A DNA stretch of 64,000 nt from a bacterium (lineage in GTDB: Bacteria > Patescibacteriota > Minisyncoccia > Minisyncoccales > CG1-02-41-26): contig JAUXAO010000001.1 of NCBI GenBank assembly GCA_030619905.1, forward strand, positions 48,348-112,347. The letters run 5' to 3'. The position numbers and the translations under genes are program-made. Within the stretch, counting starts at the first letter, position 1, and each line of letters opens with the position of its first letter. Positions 56,845 through 64,000 of the stretch are shown in pieces. The notes beneath the pieces were generated by a model that searched no databases, had not been told where the DNA came from, and worked only from the letters and a program-made list of their open reading frames with translations.

Positions 56845-57203
56845 TTACTTTTCTGATAATTAACGAATTTACTTATTTTAGTGGCTGTAAATTTACTGAT
56901 CTCATCTATTTTTTCATAGGTTGGTTCTTTGGTACTGATTACTATACAATCTCCTTTTCTAAATCTCGAAAACATTATGAGAGATTCTTTCTTTGTGGCC
57001 ATATCATATAATACAAGTTTAGTTTTTGGGGTAAGTTTAATTGTTTTTTTCATAAAAGGAGCCTTGGCCGTGCTAATTTTTGAAGTATCTGCATTCAAAA
57101 CCAAACTCTTTGGAATTGAGTAGTCAATTTTTAAAATCTTGCCTTCTATTAGATTAGGAGGATATTCTAACTCAGGCTGTATTTGTTTCTTCTTTTTTCG
57201 CAT
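56841..57203 (-). CDS. Hypothetical protein (soluble paralog of 51163-51630)
   Basis: EYPPNLIEG..KTIKLT..FTATKISKFV. Confidence 0.72.
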   Translation of the reverse strand: MRKKKKQIQPELEYPPNLIEGKILKIDYSIPKSLVLNADTSKISTAKAPFMKKTIKLTPKTKLVLYDMATKKESLIMFSRFRKGDCIVISTKEPTYEKIDEISKFTATKISKFVNYQKSK

Positions 57204-57226
57204 ACTAAATCTTTCTTGTTATATCT

Positions 57227-57811
57227 CTATTTCTTTCCCTTTATGACCTCGTCAATAATGCCGTATTTTTTGGCTTCTTCAGCTGATAAATAAAAGTCCC
57301 GGTCAGTGTCTTTTTCAACTTTTTTTATGGATTGACCAGTATGCTCAGCTAAAATCTGATTAAGTTTTCCTTTTATTTTCAATATCTGTTTGGCTTCAAT
57401 TTCAATTTCCGTGGCTTGACCTTTAATACCCCCAGCTACCTGATGGAGTAAGATCTCTGAGTTAGGCAAAGCAAATCGCTTACCTTTTGTCCCAGCTGCT
57501 AACAAAGTTGCTCCCATTGAAGCAGCCATACCAATACAAATAGTGGATACATCACAATTTATATGCTGGATTGTATCATAAATAGCTAAGCCAGCAGTTA
57601 CTGAACCACCAGGGGTATTAATATAGAGTTTTATATCTTTATTTGAATCTTTGGAAGCTAAAAATAGGATCTGGGCAATAACTAAATTAGCAACATCATC
57701 ACTAATAAGACCAGCTAAAAATATAATTCTTTCCTCTAAGAGACGGGAATATATGTCATAAACCCTCTCTCCTCTTTGTGATTTTTCAACAATTGATGGA
57801 ATTAAAGGCAT
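57227..57811 (-). CDS. clpP: ATP-dependent Clp protease proteolytic subunit
   Basis: [29 protein letters not shown]. Confidence 0.97.
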   Translation of the reverse strand: MPLIPSIVEKSQRGERVYDIYSRLLEERIIFLAGLISDDVANLVIAQILFLASKDSNKDIKLYINTPGGSVTAGLAIYDTIQHINCDVSTICIGMAASMGATLLAAGTKGKRFALPNSEILLHQVAGGIKGQATEIEIEAKQILKIKGKLNQILAEHTGQSIKKVEKDTDRDFYLSAEEAKKYGIIDEVIKGKK

Positions 57812-57822
57812 ATTTTTATTTA

Positions 57823-59097
57823 TTATTTTAAAAAAGTTTCCAGTTTTTTAAATACTTTCTCATTATATATTACACTTTCAGTATAATCTTTTAACCTATC
57901 AAGGTCAATTTTTTCCTTAGTATTTCCAAGATCAGAATATTTTTTCAAGATTTTATTCGTCTCTTCTTTGATTTCATCCTCAGAAACCATAATATTTTCT
58001 GTTTTCCCAATTTCTCGCAAAACCAAAAAGTTCTTGACTCTTTTTTGGGCGTTTTCTGAAAAAGAATCCTTAATTTCTCCTTCTGTTTTTTTAATCTGAG
58101 TTAGATATTCATCAAAAGATACCTGAAGACCTTGACTAACCCTTTGTTTTAAATCGTCAAGAAGATGAGTTTTCTCAATTTCAACTAAAGATTCGGGTAA
58201 TTCACATTCTGAATCTTGAGCTATCTTTTCTAAAATTTCATTTCTTATCCTCTGACTTTCTTCAAGCTCTTTTTCTTTCTTAACCCCTTGCCTTAAATTT
58301 TCTTTTAATGAATTCAAATTTTCAAATTTCCCAAACTTAAGAGCAAACTCATCATTGATTTCCGGCAATTCCATTTTCTGAACTAATTTCATTTTGACTT
58401 TGAAGGGTATTTTTTTGTCAGCTAGTAATTTATTAGAATAATCCTTTGGAAAAAGAACGCTAAACTCTTTTTCTTCTTCCTTCTTCATCCCTTTTAGATT
58501 TTCTTCAAATCCAGAAACAAATTTTGCCTTGCCTAAAACAAATTTGTCTTTAAAAAGTTTATTGCTTTCAATCTGAGGACTCTGGTATTCAATTTCTACA
58601 AAATCATCGGATCTTGCTTCTCTTTCTAAAGGAGTAAAAACTGCCTTTGATTGTTGAATCCACTTTAACGTATCTTCAACGTCTTTATCTTCAACTAAAA
58701 CCTCCCTTTTTTTGATTTGGGAGGCAATTTTTTTGTAATCAGGAAGATTGACTTTCGGTAAAATGCAAATTTCCGCTTTAAACTCAAAGGGATTTCCCTT
58801 GGCTAATTTTGTAATATTAATTTGAGGCTGAGATGCTACTTCTATCTTCTTTTCTCTAATAATTTGAGAATATTTTTCTTCAATTGCTAAGTTGGCTGCT
58901 TTTTGAAGAATTTTTTCAGTTCCAATTTGTTCCTCCAATACCTCCTGAGGCATCTTCCCAGGCCTGAATCCTTTAACTATTATATCTTTACCTAATATCA
59001 AAGATGCTTTTTTAAAATAGCTTTCAAATTCTTCCCAAGGAACTTCAAATAGAATCTCCATCTTTGATTTCAATAATCTCTTAACCTCAGCCTTCAT
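57823..59097 (-). CDS. tig: Trigger factor
   Basis: KGFRPGKMP signature, FKBP-like middle domain, [10 protein letters not shown]; ATG at 59097 preferred. Confidence 0.93.
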   Translation of the reverse strand: MKAEVKRLLKSKMEILFEVPWEEFESYFKKASLILGKDIIVKGFRPGKMPQEVLEEQIGTEKILQKAANLAIEEKYSQIIREKKIEVASQPQINITKLAKGNPFEFKAEICILPKVNLPDYKKIASQIKKREVLVEDKDVEDTLKWIQQSKAVFTPLEREARSDDFVEIEYQSPQIESNKLFKDKFVLGKAKFVSGFEENLKGMKKEEEKEFSVLFPKDYSNKLLADKKIPFKVKMKLVQKMELPEINDEFALKFGKFENLNSLKENLRQGVKKEKELEESQRIRNEILEKIAQDSECELPESLVEIEKTHLLDDLKQRVSQGLQVSFDEYLTQIKKTEGEIKDSFSENAQKRVKNFLVLREIGKTENIMVSEDEIKEETNKILKKYSDLGNTKEKIDLDRLKDYTESVIYNEKVFKKLETFLK

Positions 59098-59617
59098 ACC
59101 TTTCAACCGCTTTTTGTATAATTTCTTTAGCTTTATCTGCTTTTTCCCATCCTTTAATCTTGACAAATTTATCTTTTTCTAATTTTTTGTAGTCCTCAAA
59201 AAAGACCTTAATTTCTTCTTTTAAATGTTGATTAATATCTTCAATGTCTTTTATGTTTTTAAAATGAGGATCTATTTTCTCTAAAGGCACAGCAACAATT
59301 TTATGATCAATTCCTTTTTCGTCTTCCATTAAAAGGACTCCTACTGGTCTTGCTTTTATTAAACAACCAGAAAAGGTGGGGAATGTTGTCAAAACCAAGA
59401 CATCTAAAGAATCTTCATCCCCTGATAATGTTTGAGGCATAAATCCGTACTCAAAAGGAAAAAAGAGGGGAGAATAAATAACCCTGTCCAGCTCAAAATA
59501 TCCCTCTCCTTCTTTATACTCGTATTTATTCGAACAACCTTTTGGGATATCAATTATTACATTAATCTCTTCTGGCAGATTGTCACCAGGAGAAATATCT
59601 TTATAAAGATTAATCAT
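59087..59617 (-). CDS. ppa: Inorganic pyrophosphatase (family I)
   Basis: NKYEY, LDRV, YGFMPQT..DEDSLDVL, DEKGIDHKI. Confidence 0.95.
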   Translation of the reverse strand: MINLYKDISPGDNLPEEINVIIDIPKGCSNKYEYKEGEGYFELDRVIYSPLFFPFEYGFMPQTLSGDEDSLDVLVLTTFPTFSGCLIKARPVGVLLMEDEKGIDHKIVAVPLEKIDPHFKNIKDIEDINQHLKEEIKVFFEDYKKLEKDKFVKIKGWEKADKAKEIIQKAVERYEG

Positions 59618-59643
59618 AGATTTAAATTTCTAATAAAGCTGAT

Positions 59644-60000
59644 TTAGTTTTGGCACTTTTTACAATAAACTGCCCGAGGGTAAACCTTTAAACGGTCTTC
59701 AGAAATAGGATTCTTGCATTTTTCACATATTCCATATTTGCCTCTTTCAATTTTTTCCAAGGCCCGATTAACTTTTTCTAATTCTATTTCCAGAGTATTT
59801 TCAATAGGTAAAAGATTACTGTATTCTTCCACTTCATCGGCCTCTTCTTCCATCTTGCCACCATCAAATTTCGGATATCTAGTATCCCAATCTCCTTTAG
59901 GTCTTTTATCTTTTTCGGCAAAACTCTTTAATTCTCTTTCTAATTTTTTCTTATTCTCTTCTAATTTATTCTTTAATTTTTTTAATAAATTGTCTTCCAT
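59644..60000 (-). CDS. TraR/DksA C4 zinc-finger protein
   Basis: ALEKI..GKYGICEKC..ISEDRL..P.A.YCKKC. Confidence 0.9.
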   Translation of the reverse strand: MEDNLLKKLKNKLEENKKKLERELKSFAEKDKRPKGDWDTRYPKFDGGKMEEEADEVEEYSNLLPIENTLEIELEKVNRALEKIERGKYGICEKCKNPISEDRLKVYPRAVYCKKCQN

Positions 60001-60009
60001 AATTCAATC

Positions 60010-61992
60010 TTAAAAATACCTATATCGTAATAAATAAATTGCAATACCAATAGCAACAATCAGAAGAAAGATTAATACTCTCATCAAAATTTTCTCCTGA
60101 GAAGACTGCCCTTTGGGGAGGGGACGAAAAACAACTGTTTCCTGAGGCTTTTCAAGAGTAAAAAGAGCTTCCTCCTCTTTAACAGGTTTTCCCTTTGCTG
60201 ATTTCTTTTGTCTATTTTTAATTTTAGCTAAAAACTTTTCTCTTTCTTCTTCCTCTTTTGGAGAAATTCTACCCAACCCTTTTAGAATCTTTTCTTTTGC
60301 AAAAGTCCTTTCTTTTTCCTCTTCTATCTCCCTTAGTCTTGCTATTTCTCTCCTTTTTTCTTCTATTTTTCTCCTTTCTTTTTCCTCTTCTGACTCTTCT
60401 TTTTTAGCCACAGGGGTTTTGGCAGGGATGTCTTTTTTCATTTCTTCTTCCTCAATTACTATTCTCTCTTTTATCTCAGAAATTATATCTTCTTTTTCTT
60501 TTTTAATCGTTGCTTTGTCTTTGGCGACCTTAGCAGGAGCAGGAACCATAACCGGAACCGTCTTTTCTTTCTCTTTTCCTACCTTCTTTTCAGTAGGTTC
60601 AGAAACAGGAGTTATCTCTTTTAATAAAATATCTATCTCTTTTATTGTTGCTTCCAATTTTTCTTTTCCTTCCAAAATCTTTTGATACCTAGAATTGACT
60701 TCTTTTATCTCGTCTATGAGTTTTTCTCTCTTTTTTTCTATAGCCCATCTTTCTCTTTCTATTTTTTCTCTTTTTTCCTCTGCCTCCCATCTTTCTTTTT
60801 CTACCTCTTTTTCTCCTTTTAGAGTCTTGGCTCCTTTCTTTTTTTCTTCAATCAAATCCACTTCTTCCTCAATCTCTTCTTCCCTTTCTAAAATGTTCTC
60901 AAGTAACTGATCTAATTTTTCTTTTTGGCTTTCCATGTCCGCTCTGTCGGCTATTAAAGGCGCCAATTGGAGACGAAATAATCCAACTTCTCTTTTTATC
61001 TTTTCTTTTTCTCTTTCTAATTTTATATTTTCTTGAAAATGCAGAATCTCTTTTTTTCTTTTTTTAAATTCTCTTTCTTCTCTTGATATTTCTTCTAATT
61101 TTAATTCAATGTCTTCAATTTTTTCATTTATCTGCTCGATCTCCCCTGATTTCCCCCATTTCTTTTCCTCTACTTCCCGTCTCTTTTTTTCCAACTGCCA
61201 TCTCTGTCTTTCCACTAAATGTTTTTGTTTTGGGTCAGGAGTTTCTTTCTCCTCTTTTTCAATTTGTCTCCTCTTTTCTTTAATTTCTGTTTCTTCTTTT
61301 AAAATATTTTCAAGTATTTTTTCTAATTCTTTTTTCTCAACTTCAAACTCTGATTTTTGAGCTTCTAAAGGTAACTTTCTTGCCGGAAATTCTTTTAATC
61401 TTCTTTCTAAATCAAGATATTCCTTTCTGAATTTTTCCTCCATTTCTTTTTTCTTTAATGTCGTTTCTTTCTTTTCTCGTGCTTCCTCAATTGCTTTTTG
61501 CCTTATTTCTTCTATTATCTTCTCTTCTTCCTCTCTTCTGCTTTCTCTTTCTCTCTCCTTTGCTTCTTCTGTTTCCTTTTTTATTCTTTCTGCTTCCCTC
61601 TTGGCTTTTTCCTTGATCTCGGCTATCTTTTCTCTTTCCTTTCTCTCTCCTTCTTCCTTCAATTCTCTTTCTTCTTCTTTGGCTCTTCTTCTAATTTCTT
61701 CTATCTTTTTTCTCTCTTTTTCCAATCTTTCCTTTTCTTGTTTTATTTTCTCCTCCTTTTTTCTTTTTTCTATCTCTGTCTTTCCCGTATCTTCAGCTGC
61801 TTTTGCTCTCAACATCTCCGCTAATCTTTTATCTATCTCCTCTTCTATCCCTGCTTCCTCTATTTCCTTCCCTCTCCTCAAAAAATGAAGATCGCCTTTC
61901 ATAGTTAAAATTACTCCCTGCTCTAAAATTTCAGGAATTGACTTTTTAAAAAATGGTGATTGTTGTTTTGTTTCTTTTAATTTTTCCTCCAT
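60010..61992 (-). CDS. Long E/K-rich coiled-coil protein with a C-terminal TM anchor
   Basis: 660 aa, very high charged content, duplicated E..RW..E..R..E..W block, terminal hydrophobic helix. Confidence 0.75.
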   Translation of the reverse strand: MEEKLKETKQQSPFFKKSIPEILEQGVILTMKGDLHFLRRGKEIEEAGIEEEIDKRLAEMLRAKAAEDTGKTEIEKRKKEEKIKQEKERLEKERKKIEEIRRRAKEEERELKEEGERKEREKIAEIKEKAKREAERIKKETEEAKERERESRREEEEKIIEEIRQKAIEEAREKKETTLKKKEMEEKFRKEYLDLERRLKEFPARKLPLEAQKSEFEVEKKELEKILENILKEETEIKEKRRQIEKEEKETPDPKQKHLVERQRWQLEKKRREVEEKKWGKSGEIEQINEKIEDIELKLEEISREEREFKKRKKEILHFQENIKLEREKEKIKREVGLFRLQLAPLIADRADMESQKEKLDQLLENILEREEEIEEEVDLIEEKKKGAKTLKGEKEVEKERWEAEEKREKIERERWAIEKKREKLIDEIKEVNSRYQKILEGKEKLEATIKEIDILLKEITPVSEPTEKKVGKEKEKTVPVMVPAPAKVAKDKATIKKEKEDIISEIKERIVIEEEEMKKDIPAKTPVAKKEESEEEKERRKIEEKRREIARLREIEEEKERTFAKEKILKGLGRISPKEEEEREKFLAKIKNRQKKSAKGKPVKEEEALFTLEKPQETVVFRPLPKGQSSQEKILMRVLIFLLIVAIGIAIYLLRYRYF

Positions 61993-62016
61993 AAATTTAA
62001 GAAAAATAAAATTAAC

Positions 62017-64000
62017 TTATTTTTTAAAACCTGCCGCTTTGGCTGATAAATTGATTCTTCCCATTTCATCAATGCTTATCACCTTAACCGGAATAACATC
62101 TCCAACCTTTACCACATCAGTAACTTTGTTTACTCTCTCGGAAAGAAACTGGGAAATATGAACCAACCCTTCCTGTCCAGGCAGAACTTCCACAAAAGCG
62201 CCGAAGTCCAGGATCCTTTTTACCTTGCCTTGAAAGGTTTCTCCGATTTTAACTTCTTTGGTAATTCCTTTTACCCAGTCAATTGCTTTTTTAGCTGCTT
62301 CTTCTTTTTCAGCCGTGACAAATACTTTTCCTGAATCTTCAATATCAATAGTCACCCCACAACTATCTATTATTTCATTAATTATTTTACCTCCCGGACC
62401 AATAACATCTCCTATCTTCTCGGGATTAATCTGCAGAATATAGATTTTGGGAGCCCACTCTGAAAGTTGAGACCGTGGTTGAGAAAGTACTTTTCCTGTT
62501 TCAGCTAAAATCTTCAATCTGGCTTTCTTTGCTTTGTCTAAGCCTTCTTTTAATATTCTATCACTAATTCCATCTACTTTCACGTCCATTTGGATAGCCG
62601 TAATACCTATATCTGTTCCAGCCACCTTAAAATCCATACCACCATGACTATCTTCAGCTCCTTGAATATCAGTAAAAAGTTTTTGGTTTCCTTCTGAATC
62701 TTCTACTAAACCTATAGAAATCCCGGCAGCTGGTCTTTTTACTGGAACCCCTGCATCCATTAAGGCTAAACAAGCACCAGAGACCGAAGCCATACTGGTT
62801 GAGCCATTAGAAGAAATAACTTCTGAAACTATTAAAATAGTATATGGAAAATCATCAAAACTCGGGATTAAAGGGAAAAGAGCTTTTTCTGCCAAAACTC
62901 CATGCCCTATTTCTCTTCTTCCCGGACCTCTCATCGGTTTTACCTCTCCTGAAGAATAAGGAGGGAAATTATAATAATGAATAAATCGCTTTTTACCAAC
63001 AATCTCCATTTCATCAATAATCTGCTGATCATGGGGAGAACCCAAGGTTGCCACTGATAAAACATTAGTAAGCCCCCGGGAAAAAAAACCAGAACCGTGG
63101 ACTCTTGGTAAAAGGCCAACTTTTGCTTTAATCTCCCGAATTTCATCTAATTTTCTCCCGTCAGGCCTTTTGTTATTCTTTAAAATATTCTCTCTTAAAC
63201 TTGTTTCAAGATTTTCTTCAAAAAAATGAAGGGTTTGTTCAATTTTTTCTTCGCCAGCTTTAATCTCAGAAGCATATTTTTCTTCTATTTCTTTCAAAAG
63301 ATTTTCTTTTAGTGATTTAATCTCTTTCTCTCTTTTCTGAGCATCCTTCTGATAAAATGCTTTTTCTAATTTGCCAGATAAAAAACTTTCAACCTCCTTT
63401 TCCAAATCAGAATCATAAGATGGGGGAGATAAAACAATTTTCTCTTTACCAATCTTTTGACCAATTTCTTTTTGGAAATCAATCAAATTTTTCAAAAAAG
63501 GTCTGGCAAACTCAAAAGCCTGACAAATTAAATCCTCGCTGAGTTCATTAGCTTGACCTTCAATCATATTTATTAAAAGCTCTCCATTTTTTTCAACTGC
63601 TGCTAAAAGTAAATCTAATTCACCCTCTTCTCTCTCTTCGTAGTTTGGGTTTAGGATAAACTTATCATTTTTTCTTCCAATTCTTACAGCCGATACAGGA
63701 CCTTGCCAAGGGATTTCAGAAATTAACAAACTGAGAGAACTACCTAAAAGGCCTAAAATAGCCGGGTCGTTTTCTTTATCCCAGGAAAGACAAGTAGCAA
63801 CTATTTGAATTTCTCTTTTAAAATCTTTTTGAAATCTAGGTCGGACTGCCCTATCAATTATTCTGGAAATTAAAACAGATCTATCTGAAGGCCGCCCTTC
63901 TCTTTTCATAAAACGCGAACCGCGAATTCTACCAGCCGCATAATATCTTTCTTCATAACGGCAGGTCAAAGGAAAAAAATCAATTCCTTCTTTTTCTTCG
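62017..64000 (-). CDS. pnp: Polyribonucleotide nucleotidyltransferase (5' end outside window)
   Basis: FFPLTCRYEE, REGRP, RREIGHG, SNGSTSMAS, DFKVAG, KH and S1 domains. Confidence 0.97.
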   Translation of the reverse strand, partial: EEKEGIDFFPLTCRYEERYYAAGRIRGSRFMKREGRPSDRSVLISRIIDRAVRPRFQKDFKREIQIVATCLSWDKENDPAILGLLGSSLSLLISEIPWQGPVSAVRIGRKNDKFILNPNYEEREEGELDLLLAAVEKNGELLINMIEGQANELSEDLICQAFEFARPFLKNLIDFQKEIGQKIGKEKIVLSPPSYDSDLEKEVESFLSGKLEKAFYQKDAQKREKEIKSLKENLLKEIEEKYASEIKAGEEKIEQTLHFFEENLETSLRENILKNNKRPDGRKLDEIREIKAKVGLLPRVHGSGFFSRGLTNVLSVATLGSPHDQQIIDEMEIVGKKRFIHYYNFPPYSSGEVKPMRGPGRREIGHGVLAEKALFPLIPSFDDFPYTILIVSEVISSNGSTSMASVSGACLALMDAGVPVKRPAAGISIGLVEDSEGNQKLFTDIQGAEDSHGGMDFKVAGTDIGITAIQMDVKVDGISDRILKEGLDKAKKARLKILAETGKVLSQPRSQLSEWAPKIYILQINPEKIGDVIGPGGKIINEIIDSCGVTIDIEDSGKVFVTAEKEEAAKKAIDWVKGITKEVKIGETFQGKVKRILDFGAFVEVLPGQEGLVHISQFLSERVNKVTDVVKVGDVIPVKVISIDEMGRINLSAKAAGFKK

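Noticed and set aside
32095-57203. Prophage, ICE or transposon origin of the Hxs cluster
   Set aside because: No integrase, transposase, att-like repeat or flanking tRNA is seen at the borders.
60419-61888. Phe/Ser-rich plus-strand ORFs
   Set aside because: Antisense shadows of the E/K-rich coiled-coil gene.
1-64000. Alternative genetic code (TGA = Gly, as in Gracilibacteria/Absconditabacteria)
   Set aside because: Conserved genes are uninterrupted under code 11, and TGA ends genes such as valS, rbfA and infB at the expected positions.

Overview
AT-rich bacterial chromosome segment with the hallmarks of a Patescibacteria/CPR (Parcubacteria-like) genome: truncated ValS, IF2 and S1, VirB2-like pilins, few Shine-Dalgarno sites, and tRNA clusters interrupted by endonuclease-like ORFs. 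It uses the standard code (TGA = stop). The left half (1-32 kb) holds housekeeping genes (tsaD, valS, gyrA, ftsH, rplS, rbfA, infB, HU, rny), 16 tRNAs including a rare tRNA-Ile(UAU), and a type IV pilus operon with a two-component system. The right end (57-64 kb) carries clpP, tig, ppa, a DksA-like gene and pnp. Between them (32.1-57.2 kb, all minus strand) lies a ~25-kb RiPP-like supercluster of the His-Xaa-Ser (Hxs) class. It has two precursor genes (36 and 23 His-led triplets) sharing a near-identical leader, hxsB, hxsD and an HxsD-like gene, and 15 intact radical SAM genes. Accessory genes include a LynF/PagF-like peptide prenyltransferase, a membrane-anchored peptidyl-arginine/agmatine deiminase-like enzyme and an archaeal-type A24 prepilin peptidase. 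The precursor leader has a Flp-prepilin-like FLxxEEG motif, suggesting a heavily modified, possibly lipidated, exported or surface-displayed His/Ser polymer. Duplication scars show the cluster has been expanding. All family calls are by eye from motifs; no database searches were run.
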